27,262 bases of DNA from an uncultured Deferribacteres bacterium (GTDB taxonomy: Bacteria; Zhuqueibacterota; Zhuqueibacteria; Zhuqueibacterales; Geothermadaptataceae), in contig CAXHAT010000102.1 in the NCBI GenBank assembly GCA_964014485.1, positions 1 to 27,262 on the forward strand, in the 5' to 3' direction. Positions 16,690 through 24,515 of this stretch are shown one piece after another; within the stretch, counting starts at the first letter, position 1; the number at the start of each line of letters is the position of its first letter. The translations under genes were made by a program, and so were the position numbers. The notes beneath the pieces were generated by a model. That model saw only the letters and a program-made list of their open reading frames with translations, was not told the origin of the DNA and ran no database searches.

Positions 16690-17954
16690 TAGTGCTTTGT
16701 CAATCCTAAATTTTAGGGTACAGTCTTTTTAGTTTAATTCGCGCGTCTTTCGTTTGAAATCTCCAATCGACGGCTTTGTTTTTTTCGTTTCTTTCTTTGT
16801 ACCAGGCCTTTGTTTCTCTTTGCATTGTTTCTTTATCCGGGATTCTTCGGTTAAGACATTGCCTTGTGAGCGCGCTGATCTCGATTTCGGCGATATTAAG
16901 CCAACTTCCATGTTTTGGCGTGTGATGAATTTCGAGTTTTTCAACCAATCGTCTGGCTTCTTTCGGCGGAAAGGCTTTATACAAGGACGCGATTTTATGC
17001 GTGTTCAGGTTATCGCAAACTAAAATCACTTTTCGCGCTTGCGGATAATCGTGCTCTAAAAGCTCCCTGATTTCCTGCGCCTAATCCACAGCGGTTTTCC
17101 GGTCTCGGATATTGACTTTTCTCCACCCGGCCAAGGGCTCGGTGAAAAGGAAGTTGTTGACGGCGCCGTTCCGTTCATACGCGTAATCGTATTTCTCGAT
17201 TTGGCCGGGCTTCATTGCGCGCTTTTCTCGGGTTTACTTGATCAATTGCGTCGGCTGTTCATCCATGCAAATCACGGGCTCTTCCGGGCAAAAAGGGCGT
17301 TTATAGACTTCGAGAACGTCTTCCATATGGGCGACGAATTCAGCGTTTTGTTTTGGCGGAATCACCCAGCATTTAGGCAGATGCGGCTTAAGATCGTTTT
17401 TTTAAAACGCGACGCACTGTTTCGTGAGAGATATTCTCGACAACTTGCATTTCAACCAATTTGTCTGCAAGCAGCCGAAGGGCCCATTGCGATTTGCCTT
17501 CCGGCGCTTCACTGCAGGAAAGAGCAATCAGTTGCGCTTCGCCTTCACCATCCAGTTTGCGACGAACTGGAGGCTCAACCCGTTGCTTCCGCTCTAAAGC
17601 TGCGTCAAACCCTTGTTCAACGAAACGCTGACGAAGATTGGCCACGGTTCGGCTGCTGCACCCTAAGGCTTTCGCCGCATCACCGTCCGTGCAGTTGCTT
17701 CCGTTGGCGTCAACGGCAAGAAAAATGTTGGCGCGGTGAATCCGGTAACCTTGGGTCTTGCCGGTGCGAACCAGACGTTGAAGCTTGAAACGTTCATCAT
17801 CCGTGAGGCGAACAATATATTTTTTCAACATGAAAGCCCTCTTTTTCGTTAAAAATCAAAACGATGAAAAGACGATCATAAAAGAAAAAATCAAAAATCC
17901 TCACGAATAGAAACCAATACGAATAATATGCAAATTAAAGCGTGACGAAGCCTA
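16690..17954 (-). mobile_element. IS630-family insertion sequence (inactive)
   Basis: TA-flanked ends TAGTGCTTTGTCA (16690-16702) and TGACGAAGC-CTA (17943-17954), enclosing a split transposase. Confidence 0.85.
16706..17831 (-). pseudogene. IS630 transposase: HTH ORF plus DDE ORF joined at an A7 -1 frameshift site, with two nonsense codons
   Basis: MLKKYIVRL...ETVRRVLKK, A7 run at 17397-17403, CMDEQP, DNLNTH and TPKHGSWLNIAEIE. Stops are TAA at 17234-17236 and TAG at 17081-17083. Confidence 0.9.
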
Positions 17955-17961
17955 CTGCGCG

Positions 17962-18357
17962 ATGCGCCTGCGTCTCTGGCCCGAGGGAACAATGGACGAG
18001 TTTAAGGGCGAGCTTGACCAGATGCTCAAAATGCCGGAAATGTTCGCTATGCCGGTTTGCGTCACCAAAAGCGGTGAGATGATCGGCTTTGTCGAACTGG
18101 CGCGGCGCGAAGAATCGACGGAGTTGCCCATTCGGCGAATCGGCTATATCGAAGGCTGGTATGTCGAACCGGAATATCGCAAAAAAGGCGTTGGGCGCAT
18201 GTTAGTGAAGGCGGGGGAGACGTGGGCGCGCGAAAAAGGCTGCGATACAATGGGCTCCGACGCTGACGTTGACAATATCGTTAGTCGCGATGCGCACAAA
18301 GCGCTGGGGTATGTTGAACAGGAAGTCGCGGTGCTTTTTCGGAAGAAGCTCGTTTAA
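17962..18357 (+). pseudogene. AAC(6')-I-like GNAT acetyltransferase, probably N-terminally truncated by IS630
   Basis: MR..LWP, IGFVE, GYIEGWYVEPEYR.KGVGR.L, MGSDA..N..S..AHKALGY and FRKKL. The usual first strand (~10-15 aa) is replaced by the IS end. Confidence 0.75.
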
Positions 18358-18584
18358 GACGCCTCCCATGACTTGAGCAAAATAAATTTCAATCCAAAAT
18401 TATTCATCATTACTTGAATCGCAGATGAGAATCATTAAGAGAACAGAACTTCGTCTCAAAAGATGTGCGATTTTTCTCGGCAGAGTTCACTTTGAATTTC
18501 AAAATAAGCCCTGTATACAAGACTTATTCTTGAGGAATAGGCCTAACATAAAAGGCAAAAATGGATTTGGGAGTGTTGAAAGGG

Positions 18585-19970
18585 ATGATAAGAATTAAGT
18601 CGATAGCCCGGACGTTTTTGAGTGCAATATTTTTCGCAAACGCCGTTTCTGCGCAAAACTGGCAACCGCTTTTTAACGGTAAGAACCTCGATGGCTGGAC
18701 GCAGCGCGGCGGCGAGGCGAAGTACGAGGTTCGCGACGGCGAAATCGTTGGAACAACAGTTCCCAACACGCCAAACAGTTTTCTCTGCACAGACAGAGAA
18801 TACGGCGATTTTATTCTCGAACTTGAATTCTTGGTCGATCCGGCATTGAATTCCGGCGTCCAGATTCGCAGCCACAGCCGCGCGGACTACATGAACGGCA
18901 GAGTGCATGGCTACCAGGTGGAAATCGATCCCGCCAAGCGTGCCTGGAGCGGCGGCATTTACGAAGAAGGACGGCGCGGCTGGCTCTACAATCTCGTACA
19001 AAATGAACCCGGAAGACGCGCCTTTCGAAACGGTGAATGGAACAAGTATCGCATCGAAGCCATCGGCTCGACCATCCGAACCTGGGTGAACGGCGTACCG
19101 TGCGCGAATCTGGTCGATGAGATGGACGCATCCGGTTTTATCGCTTTACAGGTGCATAGCATTGGCGACGAGAGCTTGGCCGGAAAGACTGTGCGCTGGC
19201 GCAATATTCGAATTTTGACGACGAATTCTCAGGCGCATCGCTCCCCGACAGGCGGCGAACTGCACGAAATCAGCTACCTGCATAATCAACTCACGGAACG
19301 GCAAAAAAATGAAGGCTGGCGCTTGCTTTGGGACGGCAAGACCTCCAAAGGCTGGCGTGGCGCCAAATTGAACCATTTCCCCGAAAAGGGCTGGGAAATG
19401 ACTGACGGCGTTTTGACGGTTCTGGCTTCAGGCGGCGGGGAATCGGCGCACGGCGGCGATATTGTGACGATTGAAAAATTCGGCCCAAATTTCGAATTGG
19501 AACTGGATTTTCGCATCACTGAGGGCGCCAACAGCGGCATAAAATATTTTGTCGATACGGAACTTAATCAGGGCGCGGGATCGTCGATTGGGCCCGAATT
19601 TCAAATTCTCGACGACCGAAAACACCCCGACGCGAAAATGGGCGTGAAAGGCAACCGAACCTTGGCTTCGCTGTATGATCTCATCACCGCCACAAATCTT
19701 TCGGAGCCAGAGAATCGAAATAAGCGCTTCAACGGCGTTGGTAATTGGAATCGTGCGCGCATCAAAGTCAAAAACAACCGGATCGAGCACTGGCTGAATG
19801 ACGTCAAGGTTGTGGAATATGAGCGCAACACGCAAATGTATCGGGCGTTGGTGGCGTACAGCAAGTACAAAGTTTGGCCGAGTTTCGGGGAAGCGCGCGA
19901 CGGGCATATTTTGCTGCAAGATCACGGCGACCGCGTTTCCTTTCGTTCGATAAAAATCCGGGAGCTGTAA
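18585..19970 (+). CDS. Secreted tandem DUF1080 (3-keto-disaccharide hydrolase-like) protein
   Basis: Signal peptide, then two domains with [47 protein letters not shown] and [17 protein letters not shown]. Confidence 0.9.
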   Translation: MIRIKSIARTFLSAIFFANAVSAQNWQPLFNGKNLDGWTQRGGEAKYEVRDGEIVGTTVPNTPNSFLCTDREYGDFILELEFLVDPALNSGVQIRSHSRADYMNGRVHGYQVEIDPAKRAWSGGIYEEGRRGWLYNLVQNEPGRRAFRNGEWNKYRIEAIGSTIRTWVNGVPCANLVDEMDASGFIALQVHSIGDESLAGKTVRWRNIRILTTNSQAHRSPTGGELHEISYLHNQLTERQKNEGWRLLWDGKTSKGWRGAKLNHFPEKGWEMTDGVLTVLASGGGESAHGGDIVTIEKFGPNFELELDFRITEGANSGIKYFVDTELNQGAGSSIGPEFQILDDRKHPDAKMGVKGNRTLASLYDLITATNLSEPENRNKRFNGVGNWNRARIKVKNNRIEHWLNDVKVVEYERNTQMYRALVAYSKYKVWPSFGEARDGHILLQDHGDRVSFRSIKIREL

Positions 19971-19972
19971 CT

Positions 19973-20581
19973 ATGGCGCAACCAAAATCGCCAAAAAAGG
20001 TCGGTATTTTGATTTTTGACGAAGTCGAAGTTCTGGATTTCTGCGGGCCTTTCGAGGTGTTTTCCGTGGCTGGGCGGCGTGACGGGAATGAGCTTTTCGA
20101 CGTTTACACCATAGCGGAGGAGGATGGGCCCGTTTCCGCGCGCAATCATTTAAGCGTGAACCCGCGTTACACGATTGCGAATTGCCCGCAGCCGGAAATT
20201 CTTGTCATACCGGGCGGCTACGGCACGCGGACGGAAATGCACAATGAAAATCTGGTTGGCTGGATTGGAGAAGTCGCAGCAGGCACGGAGTTGACGCTCT
20301 CTGTATGTACGGGGTCATTGCTTCTCGCCAAAGCCGATTTGCTCGACGGGCTAAGAGCGACAACGCATTTCGCGGCGATTGATCTTTTGAAGGAGACGGC
20401 TCCTAAAACCGAAGTCATACGAGAGCGATTTATCGACAACGGCGCGATTATCACTTCGGCGGGCATTTCCGCCGGAATTGACATGTCGCTGCACGTCGTC
20501 GCCAAAATTCACGGATTTGAAACGGCGCGCGAGACGGCGGAATATATGGAGTATGATTGGAAGGAAGCGTCGACGCATTAG
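19973..20581 (+). CDS. DJ-1/PfpI family protein
   Basis: VGILIFDEVEVLDFCGPFEVF, IPGG, SVCTG, ATTH and TSAGISAGID. Confidence 0.9.
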   Translation: MAQPKSPKKVGILIFDEVEVLDFCGPFEVFSVAGRRDGNELFDVYTIAEEDGPVSARNHLSVNPRYTIANCPQPEILVIPGGYGTRTEMHNENLVGWIGEVAAGTELTLSVCTGSLLLAKADLLDGLRATTHFAAIDLLKETAPKTEVIRERFIDNGAIITSAGISAGIDMSLHVVAKIHGFETARETAEYMEYDWKEASTH

Positions 20582-20584
20582 CGT

Positions 20585-20618
20585 GGAGTCATGGAGAATT
20601 GGAAATATGGATTGTTGA
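20585..20618. repeat. Octamer repeat, same family as 12682-12753
   Basis: GGAGTCAT GGAGAATT GGAAATAT GGATTGTT GA. Confidence 0.6.
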
Positions 20619-20652
20619 GAGCATTTTTAAAAACTCTTTCAAAAGGTGATCT

Positions 20653-20958
20653 ATGAAAAAAGAAGATTCTAAAAAAAACAACGCAACTGAACCGGCGAGC
20701 GAAAACAGCGCTAAGGAAAAGACGGCGGAAGCGGCGGCTTCAGTTCAGGAAGCCGGCGAAGCGATCAAGGATGAATTTGAAGAAAAGCTAAAATCCATGC
20801 TTGGCGAGTTTAACGAAACGGCGGACGAAATCAAGAATCTCGTCGAAGAAAATATCGGCGACGCGGAAAAGCTTATTCGCGAGCGGCCTTTTCTTGCCGT
20901 CGGCGTTGCTGCGGGTGTGGGACTTTTGGCGGGCTTGCTGCTAAACAGGCGAGGCTAA
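20653..20958 (+). CDS. DUF883 (ElaB/YqjD-like) tail-anchored protein
   Basis: Charged helical body, then IRERPFLAVGVAAGVGLLAGLLLNRR. Confidence 0.85.
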   Translation: MKKEDSKKNNATEPASENSAKEKTAEAAASVQEAGEAIKDEFEEKLKSMLGEFNETADEIKNLVEENIGDAEKLIRERPFLAVGVAAGVGLLAGLLLNRRG

Positions 20959-20965
20959 AACGAAA

Positions 20966-21364
20966 ATGTCTGAAAAAGACGCATCCTTGACGAACCCTTC
21001 GAAAACCATCGTTCGACTCGTGGCGGCATTGCTGCAGGGCTTGCAATATCGGCTCGAATTGTTTTCGCTTGAGCTGAAAGAAGAACAGCAACGTTTGATC
21101 ACGCTGACGATTCTGCTCACTGTTGCTGTCTTTGCCATTTTCATGGCTTTTTTGACACTCAATTTTGCTCTTATCGCCGCATTTTGGGAAACGGCGCGTG
21201 TCGAGATAACCGTCGGGTTGGGCGCTTTCTATCTTTTGTTGGGAATTGCAATTATTGCCGTTTTGAAAGCCAGGATTTCCCGTTCGCCTAAGCTGTTCAG
21301 CGCCACGATCACCGAAATCAAGAAAGACTTCAAAATTCAGGAAGAGAAGCGTGACGAAAATTGA
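20966..21364 (+). CDS. YqjE-like (phage-holin-family) membrane protein
   Basis: RLELFSLELKEE, two TM helices, F.ATI.EI.KD; position after DUF883. Confidence 0.8.
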   Translation: MSEKDASLTNPSKTIVRLVAALLQGLQYRLELFSLELKEEQQRLITLTILLTVAVFAIFMAFLTLNFALIAAFWETARVEITVGLGAFYLLLGIAIIAVLKARISRSPKLFSATITEIKKDFKIQEEKRDEN

Positions 21365-21638
21365 GCAGGAAAAAAAGCTTGTTGTGCAGAAAATCGCCTC
21401 GCACCGTCAGATTTTGGCTTTGGAGATGGAGGTGGCAAAGACGCGTTTGCATCCGGCGAATCTTGCCTTGGCGGCGATGAAGTCGAAAGATAAGAAATTT
21501 GGACGGCTCGCAGGAGCTTTTGGAAATTCATCAAGATCGGATTTTTTTGGGATTTTAGTACAGATCGCTCTCATCATTTTGCCGACGGCGTTGTCGGCAA
21601 TAATTTCCAAACATCGAAAGAAAGAAAAGCAGAACTGA
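21351..21638 (+). CDS. YqjK-like small protein
   Basis: K..LV..I...R..LA N-terminus and a C-terminal hydrophobic segment; third gene of a yqjDEK-like trio. Confidence 0.55.
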   Translation: MTKIEQEKKLVVQKIASHRQILALEMEVAKTRLHPANLALAAMKSKDKKFGRLAGAFGNSSRSDFFGILVQIALIILPTALSAIISKHRKKEKQN

Positions 21639-21640
21639 AG

Positions 21641-22019
21641 TTATAGCAATTCGATCTCACTTAGAACGTCACCAAAGGTTGGTGCAGAAGATGCGATGAC
21701 ATTGTGTTCTGAGTTTTCGTGTTTATGGTGCGGCCATGTGGCAAGATTCAGTTCACGATGATGGTCGGTATTGTCATATCTGAAAGCGAACTGACCGTCT
21801 TGAAGAATGTAATGGTACGAATACATCCAAACGTTCGACTGAGAGCTCTGTATCGACGTACTCTCGAACATGCAGGATTGAAGCGTCTCGGAAGCGAATT
21901 TCTCCTCGAATAAATCCTTCGTAAGCCCCGCGTTTATCATATTCGATCTGAAAGGTAGAAATTGCTATTGACTTTTCGATGGTTTGCTGGAATCGTCGAA
22001 AGTATTCTTCAATCCGCAA
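21641..22019 (-). pseudogene. DUF6516 (TumE-like) toxin with a 1-bp frameshift at about 21827
   Basis: MRIEEYF...LHVREYVD..VERL joins MYSYHY...FRYDN..HH.....PHHKH if one G is removed from TTGGATG. Span is 379 bp = 126 codons + 1. Confidence 0.75.
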
Positions 22020-22299
22020 AACGCAACTCTCGTAAGATCAGCGCTTTTTCTTGAAGTCTCTCAAGCATGCGATGCTCCCCGATCCACTCGTCAAAATCCA
22101 AAGTCTCTTCAAGCTGATTATCTCGGTATTTCTGCAAAAACACTTGTGTCAATAAACCATATTTTTCTTCGAAAGCTGAGAGTCTTGCTTGTGATTTTTG
22201 CAAGCCTGACTCTATTAAGCGAACTTCGCTTTCAAGCGCAGATTGGATGAGCGGCTTCAGAGGGTGTTTGCCTGAAGAAACAAGCGTTACAGAAGACAT
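22009..22299 (-). CDS. Probable antitoxin partner of the DUF6516 protein
   Basis: 96 aa with L..FE.KYG..T..F and DF.EW motifs; overlaps the toxin start. Confidence 0.65.
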   Translation of the reverse strand: MSSVTLVSSGKHPLKPLIQSALESEVRLIESGLQKSQARLSAFEEKYGLLTQVFLQKYRDNQLEETLDFDEWIGEHRMLERLQEKALILRELRFAD

Positions 22300-22396
22300 T
22301 TGGATTTTCCCTAAATAAATACTTGCTTGTTCGAGCGCAGATAATCATCGATTGCTGAAGAGTCAATGAGCGATTTGTTGTCCAATACGGTCGCGC

Positions 22397-22425
22397 TTGA
22401 CAGGGTTGGGCTCAATCTTTATTTT
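22397..22425 (+). promoter_or_regulatory. Candidate sigma70 promoter
   Basis: TTGACA-N17-TATTTT, about 80 bp upstream of 22503. Confidence 0.4.
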
Positions 22426-22502
22426 AGAAAACCTTTATCATGTGATTGTTCCTGGTAGCGGTACAAATAATGAGTTTCATGAACTATTCGAGCTGATGAA
22501 TT

Positions 22503-23651
22503 ATGCGCAAATTTTCTATTTTCTTTTTGCTGATCCCCCTTCTGACTTCTTGTCCTCAGAATCAGAATTCCGACCCCCAGTTCCCGCCGCTGCCCAAGCC
22601 CGAGAAGAATCGTGCACCTGAGCCGATGATCGCTTTTGCGCCAAAATCTTACATTTGCTACCGCGCAAACGCACCACTGACCATCGACGGCAAGTTGGAC
22701 GAAACGGCATGGCAAGCCGCACCGTTCACGGATCGTTTCCAGGATATTGTCGGGCCTTCAAAGCCCGAGCCGAGGCATGATACGCGCATGAAAATGCTAT
22801 GGGACGAGACGTACTTTTATTTCGCCGCCGTACTTGATGAACCGCACGTTTGGGCAAAACTCAAAAAACGCGATTCGATCATTTTTTTCGACAACGACTT
22901 CGAAATTTTTATCGATCCGGACGGCGACACTTATAATTATTACGAGCTTGAAGTAAACGCATTCGCGACCGAGTGGGATTTGTTCATTGCTCAGCCTTAC
23001 CGCGACGGCGGCCCGGCGATCCATGCCTGGGATATTACCGGCCTGAAAACGGCGGTGCATGTCGACGGCACGCTGAACGATCCTTCAGACACGGACAAGG
23101 GGTGGAGCGTCGAGATCGCCATTCCGTGGGAAATGCTCAAGGAAGCGGCCCCGGATCAGCGCGGACCTGAGGCGGGAGAATATTGGCGCGTAAACTTTTC
23201 GCGCGTGCAGTGGCAGACGGAAGTGGTTAACGGCGGGTACGAAAAAATTAAAGATTCTTCAACCGGGAAGCCGCTGCCGGAAGATAATTGGGTTTGGTCG
23301 CCACAAGGTTTGGTGAATATGCACTACCCGGAAATGTGGGGCTTCGTACATTTTGCAGGAAAAGCGCCGGGCGGTGAGGAGATCAAGTTTGAAATCCCGG
23401 CATTTGAAATGACGAAAAATGCGCTGCGACAAGTTTATTACCGCCAGCACGCTTACTTTTTTGAAAACGGCCTGTTTGCCAAGGGTGTGGAAACGCTAGA
23501 TTTAGCCAAGCCTGAAGGCGGGACACACTCATGGCCGCCAACGATCCAAACTACGCGATCTCAATTTGAAGCCATGCTTTTGAGCGCAGACCAAAAAACG
23601 ATCTGGCACATTGATCAAGATGGCTGGACATGGAAAACTGAACTTGATTAA
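22503..23651 (+). CDS. CBM9-like/DOMON-like carbohydrate-binding lipoprotein
   Basis: Lipobox LTSC, IDGKLDE..W, LWDE.Y.Y, EIFIDPDGD, W.VEIAIPW and WRVNFSR. Confidence 0.85.
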   Translation: MRKFSIFFLLIPLLTSCPQNQNSDPQFPPLPKPEKNRAPEPMIAFAPKSYICYRANAPLTIDGKLDETAWQAAPFTDRFQDIVGPSKPEPRHDTRMKMLWDETYFYFAAVLDEPHVWAKLKKRDSIIFFDNDFEIFIDPDGDTYNYYELEVNAFATEWDLFIAQPYRDGGPAIHAWDITGLKTAVHVDGTLNDPSDTDKGWSVEIAIPWEMLKEAAPDQRGPEAGEYWRVNFSRVQWQTEVVNGGYEKIKDSSTGKPLPEDNWVWSPQGLVNMHYPEMWGFVHFAGKAPGGEEIKFEIPAFEMTKNALRQVYYRQHAYFFENGLFAKGVETLDLAKPEGGTHSWPPTIQTTRSQFEAMLLSADQKTIWHIDQDGWTWKTELD

Positions 23652-23778
23652 AGGCGGCGGTGAATGACTGCTTGCCGTAAAATCCACTTCTGCTTTAAAA
23701 TTAAAAGGTCTGAATTTTTCGGGCATATTCTGTTAACACGCCGTATGGAAAACCCATTGTGGAGAACTTCGTAAGCTT

Positions 23779-23925
23779 TGAAAGCGTATTTGGAAAGTCC
23801 TAAATTGTCATGCTGTAAGCATCTTTTTTAGACTTTTCCGCAACAACTGTCGGAACGTTCATGCCTGGCGACCCAAAAAGATTCCTACGGAATGACAAGA
23901 CAAGGACTTTCCAAATACGCTCTCA
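23779..23925. mobile_element. About 147-bp palindromic MITE/REPIN-like element
   Basis: Perfect 19-bp outer IR AGCGTATTTGGAAAGTCCT (23783-23801 / 23903-23921). Inner 24-bp IR with 20/24 matches (23805-23828 / 23875-23898). Confidence 0.7.
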
Positions 23926-23939
23926 GGTATAAATACCGC

Positions 23940-24140
23940 TTATTCGTTTTTTTTCAAAGCCGCCACCACATCTTTCAAAGGAACTCCAGGGTCGTTTTGA
24001 GACGACTTTTTGGCTGCACGAAGATCGCTGATATCCTCATAATCTTCGAGTAATTCCTGAATTTTTAGAAAATCATCATACGGAATTATGGCAAATTCCT
24101 TTTTGCCGTCTTTTTCCAATATTTGTGGTTTCAGCACCAT
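23940..24140 (-). CDS. Antitoxin-like small protein (Phd/RelB-like)
   Basis: 66 aa, DGKKEFAIIPYDDF...LEDYED; immediately downstream of the RelE-like gene. Confidence 0.65.
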   Translation of the reverse strand: MVLKPQILEKDGKKEFAIIPYDDFLKIQELLEDYEDISDLRAAKKSSQNDPGVPLKDVVAALKKNE

Positions 24141-24158
24141 CTTGATTTCCTCTTGGAC

Positions 24159-24407
24159 TTATTTGTAAACGTCTCGCCTGTGCTTTATACGATAAACAAC
24201 AATCTGCTGCTTTTCAATCTCAAATAATATTCTATAACTCCCTACGCGCAGTCGATATTCAGGCGTAAAGTTAGTCAACTTTTTGACGTCACCTGTTAGG
24301 CTGCCCTCTAACAATTCCAATTTTGACAATATTCTTTCAATTTCAGGTTTTGAAATTCTTTTTAAATCCTTAAGAGCTGTTTTTTTGAGTTCGACAGAAT
24401 ATTGCAT
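24159..24407 (-). CDS. RelE/ParE-family toxin
   Basis: Y.VE....A.KDL, VKKL, YRLRVGSYRILF and HRRDVY. Confidence 0.9.
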   Translation of the reverse strand: MQYSVELKKTALKDLKRISKPEIERILSKLELLEGSLTGDVKKLTNFTPEYRLRVGSYRILFEIEKQQIVVYRIKHRRDVYK

Positions 24408-24445
24408 TGATCGCTATCGTTTCAAGAATGCTTTTGAGTTCTTTG

Positions 24446-24510
24446 TTTTTGACCGGATAAACAGGATTCACGGGATGATTAACCTGAAAATCCTGTATCC
24501 AGTCCAAAAA
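24446..24510. repeat. Nonamer-periodic imperfect palindrome
   Basis: ACCGGATAA ACAGGATTC ACGGGATGA ... AACCTGAAAATCCTGTATCCAGTC, flanked by T5 and A5. Confidence 0.6.
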
Positions 24511-24515
24511 TAGAA

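Noticed and set aside
20966..21364. Prophage holin
   Set aside because: Context is a yqjD/E/K-like chromosomal trio with no phage genes.
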